From Bacteroidota bacterium (GTDB lineage Bacteria > Bacteroidota > Bacteroidia > AKYH767-A > 2013-40CM-41-45): DNA of 30,295 bases. The stretch is from the NCBI GenBank assembly GCA_046090385.1, contig JBJSZR010000602.1, positions 1 through 30,295 on the forward strand. Reading direction: 5' to 3'. A model generated the notes under the pieces. That model was not told the origin of the DNA. It was given only the letters and a program-made list of their open reading frames with translations, and did no database searches. Below are positions 7,909-17,771 of this stretch, one piece after another; position 1 is the stretch's first letter, and every line of letters begins with the position of its first letter. A program made the position numbers and the translations under genes.

Positions 7909-8676
7909 TACAGGGTACCAGTCCTGATATTTCTGATACAATGGAGCGTTGATTACATCGTAGGTCATCTGTTTCAGACGATCCAAATCATCCATAGTCA
8001 TGCCGGTAGTCGGTATTGGCGGATGAATGATGACATCGGCTACACCGGGGCGACCGACCCTCTGTTGGAAATCATCGGGTAACAGCAGCCAGTTGTTCAT
8101 GAAGGTGACCGGAAGAATAGGCACTTGTTTCTCGATGGCCAGATGGAAGGGTCCGTTTTTAAAGCGACCCATGACCGGACCATTGTGATAGATGGTGCCT
8201 TCAGGAAAAAGTGTGACGCTTACCCCTTTGTCAAGATCCGAGGCTGCACGAAGCATGGCCCGATGTGAATCTACCCTGCTTTTTCGGTTGACCGGAATAT
8301 TCATTCTTTCAAAAAACTTCCTGAACAACGGAACTTTCAGCAGTTCCGCCTTGCCCATCGTGTGGAAGTAGAAAGGAACAGCTATATATATAAGCATTAT
8401 GTCCAGGTAAGACGTATGATTGGGGCAAACCACATAGGCCTGGTCCTTTTTCAAATCTTCGCTGCGTTGGATGCGATAAAAAATGCCTAGAGGAATAATG
8501 ATCAGGTGCGCCCAGAATTTTTTGATCAAAAAGACGTATTTGAACCATTTTTCATGCTGCAAAAGCAGGAAAAACAGCGGATAAAGGAAAAAAAAGGTCA
8601 AAACGGCGTTGATGAAGAACAACGAACGCCAGACCCAGAGCAGCGGAAAAAGGAGGATTTTGAGGAATTTTCGCAC
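7903..8676 (-). CDS. plsC: 1-acyl-sn-glycerol-3-phosphate (lysophospholipid) acyltransferase
   Basis: NHTSYLD (NHxxxxD), IPVNR and FPEGT motifs, with a hydrophobic N-terminus. Confidence 0.88.
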   Translation of the reverse strand: MRKFLKILLFPLLWVWRSLFFINAVLTFFFLYPLFFLLLQHEKWFKYVFLIKKFWAHLIIIPLGIFYRIQRSEDLKKDQAYVVCPNHTSYLDIMLIYIAVPFYFHTMGKAELLKVPLFRKFFERMNIPVNRKSRVDSHRAMLRAASDLDKGVSVTLFPEGTIYHNGPVMGRFKNGPFHLAIEKQVPILPVTFMNNWLLLPDDFQQRVGRPGVADVIIHPPIPTTGMTMDDLDRLKQMTYDVINAPLYQKYQDWYPVK

Positions 8677-8797
8677 AAACAGGGTTTAAAGTTAGAAACA
8701 ACCTTGGAAGCTCGACGAATTGCAATGAATATAGATTTTATAAAAGAAGCAATATGCTGATAGGCAAGAGATTCTGTAAGGGTGCCTATTCCAAACC

Positions 8798-8828
8798 TTT
8801 GCTTTCAATCAGGAAATCTGTACATTTG
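8798..8828 (+). promoter_or_regulatory. Consensus Bacteroidota promoter for the yceD-rpmF operon
   Basis: TTTG (8798-8801), a 19-nt spacer, then TACATTTG (8821-8828): a full -33/-7 match 28 nt upstream of ATG 8857. Confidence 0.8.
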
Positions 8829-8856
8829 TCCCCCCTTAAAATTCAGGAACATAGCG

Positions 8857-9384
8857 ATGGGAAGATCGAGGGACTATGTAATAGAGTTCGGGTCACTTCC
8901 GAAAGGAGAGCACGAATTCGAATTTGAAGTAAGCGATACGTTCTTTCAAGAGTTCGAGCATTCAATCGTACAGCATGGAAACGTGGATGTGCTGGTGGTG
9001 CTGGAAAAGAAGGAAAATCTTCTGCTGTTGGACTTCACATTGAGCGGCACGGTAACAGTTACTTGCGACCGTTGTCTGGATGATTTGGAGCTGGAGCTGG
9101 AAGGTTATAGTGAGTTGATTGTGAAGCTGGGCGACCACTCAGAGGAGGAATCCGACGAGGTGATCATGATTCCGGTTTCAGAACACCAACTCGATCTTTC
9201 CCAGTTCATCTACGAGTATGTCACCGTGATGATACCGATGAGGAATGTGCATCCGGATAACGAGGACGGCACCACTTCGTGCAATCCTGAGATCCTGCGA
9301 CAAATCGAACGCCATCAACATCAAGAAAACAGCGAAGAACCCGATCCTCGTTGGGAAGCTTTGAAAAAAATCAATCTGAACTGA
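8857..9384 (+). CDS. yceD: DUF177/YceD family protein (23S rRNA accumulation), 175 aa
   Basis: CDRCLD motif, acidic composition, [10 protein letters not shown]-terminus and position upstream of rpmF. Start moved to MGRSRDY, downstream of the promoter. Confidence 0.92.
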   Translation: MGRSRDYVIEFGSLPKGEHEFEFEVSDTFFQEFEHSIVQHGNVDVLVVLEKKENLLLLDFTLSGTVTVTCDRCLDDLELELEGYSELIVKLGDHSEEESDEVIMIPVSEHQLDLSQFIYEYVTVMIPMRNVHPDNEDGTTSCNPEILRQIERHQHQENSEEPDPRWEALKKINLN

Positions 9385-9409
9385 AAAACAATCATTAAGA
9401 ATACACGTC

Positions 9410-9601
9410 ATGCCAAATCCTAAACACAGACATTCGAAATCCCGTCGTGACAAGCGCCGTACGCATTGGAAGGCCGAAGTGCCGACCGTAGCTGTAGATC
9501 CTACAACCGGTCAGCCTCACCTCTTCCACCGTGCACATTGGCACGAAGGTAAGCTCTATTATAAGGGCCGTGTGGTCCTTGAGAAAGAAGAGTCCGTCTG
9601 A
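9410..9601 (+). CDS. rpmF: 50S ribosomal protein L32 (Cys-free)
   Basis: [22 protein letters not shown]-terminus, HRAHW...YYKG and yceD-rpmF-plsX synteny. Confidence 0.97.
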   Translation: MPNPKHRHSKSRRDKRRTHWKAEVPTVAVDPTTGQPHLFHRAHWHEGKLYYKGRVVLEKEESV

Positions 9602-9625
9602 TCCACGCCTCGGATTTGACACCTG

Positions 9626-9666
9626 ACAGTTGACAAATGGCTGATGCCCTTGTCAACTGTTTTTTA
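9626..9666 (+). terminator. Intrinsic terminator between rpmF and plsX
   Basis: 11-bp stem ACAGTTGACAA / TTGTCAACTGT with an inner GGC/GCC stem, followed by TTTTTATTT. Confidence 0.72.
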
Positions 9667-9697
9667 TTTAGAGGCTATTTTCACCACACGATAGACC

Positions 9698-10651
9698 ATG
9701 AAGATCGGAATTGACATACTCGGCGGAGATTATGCCCCCGCGGAAACCATGGCCGGGGCATTATCGGCCTCGAAAGAACTTCCCGCAGATGCCATCACGG
9801 TACTGATCGGTGATGCTGATGCGATCCGTTCAGAGTTGGCGAAATACGATGCCGATCTTTCTCGATTCGAGATCATAGACGCTCCAGAGGTAATCGGGAT
9901 GGGTGAACATCCTACCAAAGCGATTCAGCAGAAACCGCATTCCAGTATTTCGGTAGGCTTTCATCTGCTCAAAGAAGGAAAGATCGATGCATTCGCATCT
10001 GCCGGAAATACAGGGGCCATGCTTGTTGGCTCCATGTTCAGTGTGAAAGCCATACCGGGTATCCTGCGTCCTGCTATTTCCACCTTACTTCCGAAAGAAA
10101 ACGGTGGTTGGGGACTTTTGTTGGATGTGGGCGTGAATGCCGACTGCAAACCCGAAGTACTGCAACAGTTCGCCATTCTTGGTTCTCTATATGCAAAACA
10201 TATCCTTCATATCGATTCGCCCAGAGTGTCGTTGATGAGCATAGGCGAAGAAGAGGAAAAAGGAAATCTTTTAGTGAAAGAAGCTCATGCGCTTTTAAAG
10301 GATACTCCTGATCTGCATTTCATAGGGAATGTGGAAGGGCGCGACCTTTTCAACGACAAATCGGATGTGATCGTTTGCGACGGATTCACAGGAAACGTAT
10401 TACTCAAAGAAGCCGAGTCCTTTTATTCCCTTATAAAAAAGCGTGGTATCAACGATCCGTATTTCGAACGGTTCAACTACGAAGATTATGGCGGCACGCC
10501 TATCCTCGGTGTCAACTCCACGGTCATTATCGCCCACGGAATCAGCAAAGCTAAAGCGATCAAAAACATGGTCTTATTGGCACACGAAGTAGCCAAAGCG
10601 CGGCTCTGCGACCGAATAGCATCGGCTTTCTCGAAGGAAGCAGTGGGCTGA
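9698..10651 (+). CDS. plsX: Phosphate acyltransferase PlsX
   Basis: [53 protein letters not shown] and IIAHG motifs. Confidence 0.96.
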   Translation: MKIGIDILGGDYAPAETMAGALSASKELPADAITVLIGDADAIRSELAKYDADLSRFEIIDAPEVIGMGEHPTKAIQQKPHSSISVGFHLLKEGKIDAFASAGNTGAMLVGSMFSVKAIPGILRPAISTLLPKENGGWGLLLDVGVNADCKPEVLQQFAILGSLYAKHILHIDSPRVSLMSIGEEEEKGNLLVKEAHALLKDTPDLHFIGNVEGRDLFNDKSDVIVCDGFTGNVLLKEAESFYSLIKKRGINDPYFERFNYEDYGGTPILGVNSTVIIAHGISKAKAIKNMVLLAHEVAKARLCDRIASAFSKEAVG

Positions 10652-10681
10652 TCCTTCAACGTTTCCGTATTTTTCTTTTTC

Positions 10682-10689
10682 TATTTTTG
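10682..10689 (+). promoter_or_regulatory. Internal -7 box (TATTTTTG) upstream of fabH
   Basis: Exact TAnnTTTG match 17 nt upstream of ATG 10707. Confidence 0.55.
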
Positions 10690-10706
10690 CGCCACAAACT
10701 TCAAAC

Positions 10707-11696
10707 ATGGGAAGAATCACTGCGGCCATCACCGCTGTAGGCGGCTACGTACCGGATTATGTGCTCACTAACAGCGAGCTTGAAAAGATGGTGGATACCA
10801 CTGACGAGTGGATCATTTCACGTACAGGTATCAAAGAACGCAGGATCCTCAAGGGCGAAGGTTTGGGCACTTCGGACCTGGGCGCACCTGCTGTGCTGGA
10901 GCTTTGCAGGAAACGCAGTATCGATCCGATGGAGATAGACCTGCTGATCTGTGCGACCACTACCCCTGATTTCGTTTTTCCGGCTACTGCAAATGTGATC
11001 TGCGACAAGGTGGGTGCGAAGAAGGCATTCGGATACGATCTGCAGGCAGCCTGCTCAGGTTTCATGTATGCCTTGGTGACCGGCTCAAAGTTCATCGAGT
11101 CCGGACAGTATAAGAAGGTGGTTGTAGTGGGTGCGGATAAGATGTCAAGCATCATCGACTATTCGGACCGTGCCACTTGCGTCATCTTCGGCGATGGTGG
11201 CGGTGCTGTTTTACTTGAACCGAATACCGAAGGGATGGGGATTCTTGATTCCATTTTACGAAGCGACGGTTCAGGTCGTGTTTATCTCCACCAGAAAGCC
11301 GGTGGCTCGGTGAAGCCCGCATCGCATAAGACGGTGGATGCAAAGGAGCATTTTGTATTCCAGGATGGTCAGCCTGTCTTCAAATTCGCCGTGACCAATA
11401 TGGCTGATGTATCAGCTGAAATCATGGAACGGAACAACCTTACCGGAAATGATATTTCTTGGCTGGTTCCACATCAGGCCAACAAGCGAATCATAGATGC
11501 TACCGCCAGGAGAATGGAAGTCGGAGAGGACAAAGTGATGCTCAATATCCAGAAGTTCGGAAATACGACAAGCGGCACCATTCCTTTATGCCTTTGGGAA
11601 TACGAACCACGACTTAAAAAAGGAGACAACCTCATTCTCGCTGCATTCGGTGGCGGGTTCACTTGGGGAAGCGTATGGCTGAAGTGGGCTATTTAA
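10707..11696 (+). CDS. fabH: Beta-ketoacyl-ACP synthase III
   Basis: Cys-His-Asn triad in AACSGF, PHQAN and FGNT, plus TGIKERR, FGDGGGA and FGGGFTWG. Confidence 0.97.
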   Translation: MGRITAAITAVGGYVPDYVLTNSELEKMVDTTDEWIISRTGIKERRILKGEGLGTSDLGAPAVLELCRKRSIDPMEIDLLICATTTPDFVFPATANVICDKVGAKKAFGYDLQAACSGFMYALVTGSKFIESGQYKKVVVVGADKMSSIIDYSDRATCVIFGDGGGAVLLEPNTEGMGILDSILRSDGSGRVYLHQKAGGSVKPASHKTVDAKEHFVFQDGQPVFKFAVTNMADVSAEIMERNNLTGNDISWLVPHQANKRIIDATARRMEVGEDKVMLNIQKFGNTTSGTIPLCLWEYEPRLKKGDNLILAAFGGGFTWGSVWLKWAI

Positions 11697-11712
11697 AGCC
11701 ATTTCAAGCTTC

Positions 11713-11743
11713 TTGTCTGATAGTATTTTTTGGACTAAGTTTG
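11713..11743 (+). promoter_or_regulatory. Promoter upstream of accB
   Basis: TTG (11713-11715), a 20-nt spacer, then TAAGTTTG (11736-11743, exact -7 consensus). Confidence 0.6.
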
Positions 11744-11804
11744 AGCAATTAATGCTTGAAAAAATCTGTTTTTGGCGATTTTTTCGGGTTTCAAACCAAA
11801 TAAC

Positions 11805-12341
11805 ATGCCTGTAAAAAGCAAAAAGACCCCGGCTCCAAAAGCGACCCTCAACATGAACTTGAAGGAGATAGAGAGTCTCATCCAATTCGTCCAGAAAAGT
11901 GGCGTGCATGAAGTAAGCCTGGAACAACAAGACTTCCGTATCATCATCAAAACCTCGCATGGCGCTCCCACGATGGTGGCGGCTCCTCAGGTGATGCATG
12001 TTCCTTCTCCAGCTCCGGCTCCAGCGGTTGCATCTATTCCTGTTGCTCCAAAAGCTGACGCCCCTAAAGCTGATGTGGCTAAAGGAGGTGACGATTCAAA
12101 ACTTGTGACCATCAAGTCACCGATGATCGGAACCTTCTACCGCTCTTCCTCCCCCGATAAACCTGCATTCGTGAATGTGGGCGATGAGATCAAAGGCGGT
12201 AAGGTGATTTGCATCATCGAAGCCATGAAGCTCTTCAACGAAATCGAGTCGGAAGTTTCCGGACGAATCGTCAAAGTGCTGGTGGACAATGCGTCTCCAG
12301 TAGAATACGACCAACCCCTTTTCCTGGTCGATCCTAGTTGA
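11805..12341 (+). CDS. accB: Acetyl-CoA carboxylase biotin carboxyl carrier protein
   Basis: SPMIGTFY, the EAMKLFNEI biotinylation motif, VEYDQPLF and an Ala/Pro linker. Start is ATG 11805 (A-rich leader) or ATG 11853. Confidence 0.96.
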   Translation: MPVKSKKTPAPKATLNMNLKEIESLIQFVQKSGVHEVSLEQQDFRIIIKTSHGAPTMVAAPQVMHVPSPAPAPAVASIPVAPKADAPKADVAKGGDDSKLVTIKSPMIGTFYRSSSPDKPAFVNVGDEIKGGKVICIIEAMKLFNEIESEVSGRIVKVLVDNASPVEYDQPLFLVDPS

Positions 12342-12347
12342 ATAAAA

Positions 12348-12362
12348 GGGGCCTTCGGCCCC
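12348..12362 (+). promoter_or_regulatory. GC-rich intercistronic hairpin between accB and accC
   Basis: GGGGCC-TTC-GGCCCC, flanked by AAAA and GTTT, in the 38-nt gap. Confidence 0.45.
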
Positions 12363-12379
12363 GTTTGCAAGCTTATCCC

Positions 12380-13717
12380 ATGTTCAAGAAGATACTTATT
12401 GCCAATCGTGGCGAAATTGCGTTGCGCATCATCCGCACTTGTAAGGAAATGGACATCCGCACGGTGGCCGTTTACTCCACTGCCGACAAGGATTCATTGC
12501 ATGTACGTTTCGCCGACGAGGCGGTTTGTATCGGACCTCCTCCCAGTAAGGATTCTTACTTGAACATTCCTCGCATCATTTCCGCCGCTGAAATAACGAA
12601 TGCGGATGCTATCCATCCGGGATACGGATTCCTTTCTGAAAACTCCAAATTCTCCGCCATCTGTGCGCAGCACGGAATCAAGTTCATCGGTGCGACACCG
12701 GAGCAAATCGATGCCATGGGCGATAAATCAAACGCAAAGGATACGATGAAAAAAGCCGGTGTACCTACTATTCCCGGCAGTGACGGACTTTTGACTGATT
12801 TGAAAACCGGACTGAAGGTCGCCAAGCAGATCGGTTATCCAGTGATCCTGAAAGCAACAGCCGGAGGCGGTGGCAGAGGCATGCGTATCGTATGGAAACC
12901 GGAAGACTTCGAAACACTTTGGGAATCGGCACGTCAGGAAGCAGGAGCCGCTTTCGGTAATGACGGCATGTATCTTGAAAAATACATCGAGGAGCCGCGC
13001 CATATAGAAATTCAGATCGCAGGTGACCAGTTCGGAACAGCTTGCCATTTGAGCGAACGGGATTGTTCCGTACAACGCCGTCACCAGAAACTTTGTGAAG
13101 AAACCCCCTCCCCTTTCATGACACCTGATTTGCGTGAAAAGATGGGCGACGCTGCTATCAAGGCCGCATTGGCTGTGAAGTACGAAGGCGTCGGAACCGT
13201 AGAGTTCCTTGTAGATAAACACCGCAACTTCTACTTCATGGAGATGAACACCCGGATTCAGGTGGAACATCCCGTTACAGAAGAAGTGATCAACTACGAT
13301 CTTATCAAGGAACAGATCAAGATCGCTGCAGGTATCGCCATTTCAGGTAATAATTATTACCCTTCGATGCATGCCATCGAATGCAGGATCAATGCAGAAG
13401 ATCCGTACAACGGATTCCGTCCTTCCCCGGGCAAGATCACCGTACTGCACGTTCCGGGTGGACATGGCGTGCGAGTTGATTCACACATTTACGCCGGATA
13501 TGTGATTCCTCCGAACTATGATTCGATGATCGCAAAGCTGATCACCATCGCTCAAACGCGCGAAGAAGCCATCAACACGATGGAGAGAGCATTGAGCGAA
13601 TTCGTGATCGAAGGCGTTAAGACCACCATTCCGTTCCATCAGCAGTTGATGAAGAACGAAGATTTCAGAAAAGGTAATTACACCACCAAGTTCCTGGAAA
13701 CATTCGTGCTTGAATAA
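12380..13717 (+). CDS. accC: Acetyl-CoA carboxylase biotin carboxylase subunit (445 aa)
   Basis: [66 protein letters not shown] and YDSMIAK. Confidence 0.98.
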   Translation: MFKKILIANRGEIALRIIRTCKEMDIRTVAVYSTADKDSLHVRFADEAVCIGPPPSKDSYLNIPRIISAAEITNADAIHPGYGFLSENSKFSAICAQHGIKFIGATPEQIDAMGDKSNAKDTMKKAGVPTIPGSDGLLTDLKTGLKVAKQIGYPVILKATAGGGGRGMRIVWKPEDFETLWESARQEAGAAFGNDGMYLEKYIEEPRHIEIQIAGDQFGTACHLSERDCSVQRRHQKLCEETPSPFMTPDLREKMGDAAIKAALAVKYEGVGTVEFLVDKHRNFYFMEMNTRIQVEHPVTEEVINYDLIKEQIKIAAGIAISGNNYYPSMHAIECRINAEDPYNGFRPSPGKITVLHVPGGHGVRVDSHIYAGYVIPPNYDSMIAKLITIAQTREEAINTMERALSEFVIEGVKTTIPFHQQLMKNEDFRKGNYTTKFLETFVLE

Positions 13718-13726
13718 TAAATACGC

Positions 13727-15589
13727 TCAGAGATCCAGATAATTTTCATAATGCGCTTGCATGAAGGCCTTCGCCTTCATGAGTGAATTTTTTTCATCTT
13801 TTCTGTCATAAAACAACGAGCGTACGGAAATACTGTCGCGCTGGTATTCATACAAGAACCAACCGTTTTCTGTTTTCCAGACAAGTAAGTCTTCAATAGG
13901 CAAGTAAGCGAATGATTGCGTCATTGTACCGCAAAGATCCTTACTCCAGGAAAATACGCTGTTTTCAATTTTCAACTGATTGAGCAAGGTGACCGGCAAA
14001 TCATGATGGCCTCCCAATTTACCGATCATATGACCATGGAGAGAGTCCTTTACCACTGCACCTGCAAAAACCATCGGTATATGGCGCCCGTTCGGAAAGA
14101 GTATATCACGCTTCCGAGGTAAAGTATGAGCATGATCGGCAACAAGAATGAACAATGTATTCTTGAACCAATCCTGGCGGGATGCTTTTTGGAAATACCG
14201 CTTCAAGGCATCATCGGTATAATGAACGGCATTCCTGAAGCGTGACGGCTCATCGTCGCCTCTAATGTGTACCGGCCCTGGCACATCGAATGGTTCGTGA
14301 TTACTCAGAGTGAGAAGGACACTGAAGAATGGCTGCGACTGATCATTGAAATCGTCGAGCTGTCGATCAAGCACCGTCTCGTCATGATACCCCCATCTGC
14401 CTCTCGGACCTTCCAATGAGAAAGAATCCTGTGTAATGATGCGATCGAATCCTTGCAATTGAAGATATGCACCCATATTTGAAAAACCGGCGGAACCCCC
14501 ATAGTAGAAAGATGAAGCATATCCGTTTTTTTCAAGCAGTCCGACCAATGAAGGCAGTCGCTGACACTTGTCAGTTGACCGCATGACGGAATGATACGGT
14601 GTGGCAGGCCATCCATTCAGTACCGAAACAACCCCTTGATCGGTACGAAAGCCGGATGAATAGATCTGATTGAAGAGCACTCCGTTTTGAATCAATGAAT
14701 CAAGCGTAGGCGTCAAGGATGTATCGCCATTCATCGACTGAACCACATCGGCAGTGAAACTCTCCAGCAATATCAGTACGATATTCGGTCGTTGTGAATC
14801 AAGCAGTGCCGTCGTTTCTCCATGTTGGGTTCTCAGCTGGGAAAGCCGCGACTTCAATTCCAATTCGTCCAACTTCTTGAAAGGATTGGTGCGCGTAATT
14901 CCTGCCATTTTCACATCATATGCCAGATGCCATACCGGGTTGAGGGCAGTGTGATTGAGAAACGGATCATTTGAAAAGAACGCATGCGTTTCGTTGACCG
15001 GAAGGCGTTGCACCCCCCCTCTGACAGATGTGACCGTCAACACCAGCCATACAGACATGAATATAAATCGGTCGGTTTTCCAGCCTGAAGTAGCAGCGTA
15101 TTTTATTTTGATCCACTTTTTACAACACCAAACCGTAAGAAAGCAGATGAATACGAATGCCAATATGATTGAAACTGCCTGTGATACTGAAACAGAAGCA
15201 AGTACCTCAGCCGGATCCTTCAGATAAGTCAATGCTCGATAATTAAGCAGGCTTCGCCAGAAATGATAAATGGCGACATTACCTGAAAGCACAAGTGTGA
15301 AGAAAACCGAAATGAAATACAGGTATCTGCTTGTATGTTTTCCGGTATCGGATGGCAGGTCTTTCCAAAGTGCGAACAGGAACAAAGGAGAAAGCGCATA
15401 CGCGGTAACCGCAAGATCAAGACGAAGGCCGTAGAAACATGCTTCGAGCAATGAGTTTGTCTGGCTGAAAGCGGAACTAGATGAATTGACTAAGAAAAAA
15501 ACAACTCTCCAAAAGCAGAAGATCGCCATCATGAAGGCAAAAGCACGGAGCAGAAAAAAATACCTGGATAAAGCGGCGTTTGTCGGCAT
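13727..15589 (-). CDS. LTA synthase-family / sulfatase-like membrane phosphotransferase (LtaS/OpgB-like)
   Basis: About 5 N-terminal TM helices and an alkaline-phosphatase-fold domain: PNIVLILLESF, SGFRTDQG (Thr nucleophile position), LSNHEPF and VADH. Start is 15589 or 15604. Confidence 0.85.
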   Translation of the reverse strand: MPTNAALSRYFFLLRAFAFMMAIFCFWRVVFFLVNSSSSAFSQTNSLLEACFYGLRLDLAVTAYALSPLFLFALWKDLPSDTGKHTSRYLYFISVFFTLVLSGNVAIYHFWRSLLNYRALTYLKDPAEVLASVSVSQAVSIILAFVFICFLTVWCCKKWIKIKYAATSGWKTDRFIFMSVWLVLTVTSVRGGVQRLPVNETHAFFSNDPFLNHTALNPVWHLAYDVKMAGITRTNPFKKLDELELKSRLSQLRTQHGETTALLDSQRPNIVLILLESFTADVVQSMNGDTSLTPTLDSLIQNGVLFNQIYSSGFRTDQGVVSVLNGWPATPYHSVMRSTDKCQRLPSLVGLLEKNGYASSFYYGGSAGFSNMGAYLQLQGFDRIITQDSFSLEGPRGRWGYHDETVLDRQLDDFNDQSQPFFSVLLTLSNHEPFDVPGPVHIRGDDEPSRFRNAVHYTDDALKRYFQKASRQDWFKNTLFILVADHAHTLPRKRDILFPNGRHIPMVFAGAVVKDSLHGHMIGKLGGHHDLPVTLLNQLKIENSVFSWSKDLCGTMTQSFAYLPIEDLLVWKTENGWFLYEYQRDSISVRSLFYDRKDEKNSLMKAKAFMQAHYENYLDL

Positions 15590-15619
15590 ACCGATAGCAG
15601 TCATTAAAGGCCTTGCTAC

Positions 15620-15627
15620 CAAAGGTA
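15620..15627 (-). promoter_or_regulatory. -7 box (TACCTTTG) for the LtaS-like gene
   Basis: Exact TAnnTTTG match. It overlaps the ORF-track start at 15622, which argues for a downstream ATG. Confidence 0.6.
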
Positions 15628-15654
15628 AAAATTAGAAAATGAACGTCATCCCGA

Positions 15655-17148
15655 TCAGCGCAGTACGAGCTGTTCTGTGCTGATGGAAGATCCTCCGACC
15701 ACCTTTACAAAATACATGCCTTTTGATAGCCCGGAAACATCCATATCTGTCAGCCGATCTGATGCAAGGTCCTTTTGGACGACAACCTGACCGCGTACAT
15801 CCTGTACAGATACAGAAGAAGCATCCAACCCATCGGGAATGACGACTGTAACATGGTTTTCGGCAGGATTAGGAACAAGACGAATGATTTTACCGTCATC
15901 GATATTACGGTAACTCACAACTTCGGAGTAACTGGACTTCCCATCGAAATCCGACTGTTTGATACGATAATAAGAAACGCCTGAAAGCGGAAAGTGATCG
16001 ATGAAACGGTATGAACGCAATTCAGAAGTCGTGCCTGCTCCCGGAAGCGTGGTTACATTTTCAAAGTCTCTGCCATTACGACTACGTTCCACTGCAAATT
16101 GTTCGTTATTGGTTTCAGAAGCGGTGACCCATTTCACTTCAGCGACCCCGTTGATATCAGTAACATTGAATGACATCAACTCGACTGGCAGGATTATGAT
16201 ACTGCCTACCGTGAGACGAAATTCACATGCAGTCCCTGCGAAACCGTCAATGGTGATGAGGTAACATTGGTTGGGATTCGGTATCCACTCATAATAGTAA
16301 GGAGTCGTGACGCCGGGATTTTGACAGATGACCGTTGGATTGGTCGCAGCGGTAGGACAAGTACTGCCTGTATTCCAAACTGATAGCTGCAGTCCCTGAG
16401 TAGAATTGCATATCTGATTATACACACTTATATATGCTTTTTGTCCTATAGGCCAATTTGCAGGAGTACACCAACTGTACCATACATCGTTTTCAACGGA
16501 CCCGGAACAGATGGGAGCGTTAGGAGTAGCCCCTGCATTTGTCATCGTATAGGTTACGTTCGTAGTCAGCGGGACTGCTGATGAGCAGGTATTACCGGAG
16601 GGCAAGTAGGGAACTGAAGAAGTGAAGCACACGCTGGTGGCATTTGCCGTGGGATTGGAGGCGGGCGGAGAGACCATCACATAATAATTCCTGCCTGTAA
16701 TAAGCCCTCCAATTGTAGCTGATGCTCCGGCTGCCAAATAGCCGCAATTGATTTGCGAAAGATTGCCTGGAAGGCCCGAATAAACCGCATAGTCTCTTGC
16801 ATTTGCATTGGATGCACCTGGTCCTACATACGGACTTCCGTTATTGATAGTGAAAGAAGTAGTGGTGGCATATACTCTGACCCAGATCACCGATTGCGAT
16901 CGCTCATCATCCGAAGAGCAAGCAGGATCGAATCCGGAAGAGTTGCCGGCAGCTGTGACACTTGACGAGCAGTTACCTGTCGGGCATTGCATGTTGCCAC
17001 AGAATTGCTGTCCACATGTATTGTTGCAGTTGGCAGCCGGATAAACCACATAAGGATTAGAAGGACTTGTGCCGATCTGGGAAAAGAGCCGAGAAGTCAC
17101 CAAGATGAAGCCCAGCATTAAAAAAAATTTCAGGACATCACTTCTCAT
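15655..17148 (-). CDS. Secreted Cys-rich protein with a T9SS type-A C-terminal domain
   Basis: Signal peptide ending LFS|Q, two Cys-rich beta-rich modules, an LPVELMSF linker, an Ig/FN3-like module (KWVTASETNN...YYRIKQSDFDG) and the CTD VPNPA...LSKGMYFVKV. Start is 17148 or 17163. Confidence 0.88.
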   Translation of the reverse strand: MRSDVLKFFLMLGFILVTSRLFSQIGTSPSNPYVVYPAANCNNTCGQQFCGNMQCPTGNCSSSVTAAGNSSGFDPACSSDDERSQSVIWVRVYATTTSFTINNGSPYVGPGASNANARDYAVYSGLPGNLSQINCGYLAAGASATIGGLITGRNYYVMVSPPASNPTANATSVCFTSSVPYLPSGNTCSSAVPLTTNVTYTMTNAGATPNAPICSGSVENDVWYSWCTPANWPIGQKAYISVYNQICNSTQGLQLSVWNTGSTCPTAATNPTVICQNPGVTTPYYYEWIPNPNQCYLITIDGFAGTACEFRLTVGSIIILPVELMSFNVTDINGVAEVKWVTASETNNEQFAVERSRNGRDFENVTTLPGAGTTSELRSYRFIDHFPLSGVSYYRIKQSDFDGKSSYSEVVSYRNIDDGKIIRLVPNPAENHVTVVIPDGLDASSVSVQDVRGQVVVQKDLASDRLTDMDVSGLSKGMYFVKVVGGSSISTEQLVLR

Positions 17149-17500
17149 GGCGTTCAGATTCATCGTTTGTCAATAGGTATGAAGTATGCTGTTGCGATCT
17201 GACCTCATCGCGGGATAATATTTCGATTGTGACAAATGCAGACAGCCGGTATCTGATTGTTTCATGTTCCCTTCGCAATTGCTCTGCGATAATTAAAACG
17301 TCATCGGTAAAAACCTCTTGTTCTCCACCGGGTTCGACGATGAAAAGGTAAGTGCCCGGGCGTGCTTTGGCGGGATTAGCCTGACGCTGCTCGGTATCAT
17401 TAGTAGCGTGATTGCTACCCTGAGCCCTTGCAGAATAATTGGAAAGCAATCCTATTGAACAAAGTAGGATGACTCGATAAAGTGTGATAAAGTGCCTCAT
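17138..17500 (-). CDS. Hypothetical exported protein (120 aa), overlapping the downstream T9SS cargo gene
   Basis: Signal peptide ending ARA|Q. Its stop codon overlaps the next gene's start, consistent with translational coupling. No family recognised. Confidence 0.72.
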   Translation of the reverse strand: MRHFITLYRVILLCSIGLLSNYSARAQGSNHATNDTEQRQANPAKARPGTYLFIVEPGGEQEVFTDDVLIIAEQLRREHETIRYRLSAFVTIEILSRDEVRSQQHTSYLLTNDESERHEK

Positions 17501-17771
17501 AATGACCCCAAGATGTCGTAAGGGACGGGCGAATGTGAAATAAACTTGGCAGGACCGTTTAAAAAACGGGGGAATGGCCGGGAAATGCGGGTCAATCGCC
17601 CTTAACAGATGACCAACGGAAGGGTGGTCGAGTTGAAATCAATGATGAATCCAGATTGATGTTCCGCAAAAAATACTCAAAAGAAAATAACGCACATCCC
17701 AAATAAAGTCTCAACCGGCAAGATAGAGCAAGCAAGGGAATAATTGAATCAAGTAAAAATCGAGGAGATTA

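Noticed and set aside
17120-17127. A8/T8 homopolymer in the 5' end of a T9SS cargo gene as a phase-variation tract
   Set aside because: It is short, simply encodes Phe-Phe-Leu in a signal peptide, and the frame is intact.
17501-17771. 270-bp intergenic gap as a possible riboswitch or small gene
   Set aside because: I found no recognisable riboswitch consensus, convincing ORF or strong terminator. T-rich boxes deviate from the promoter consensus.
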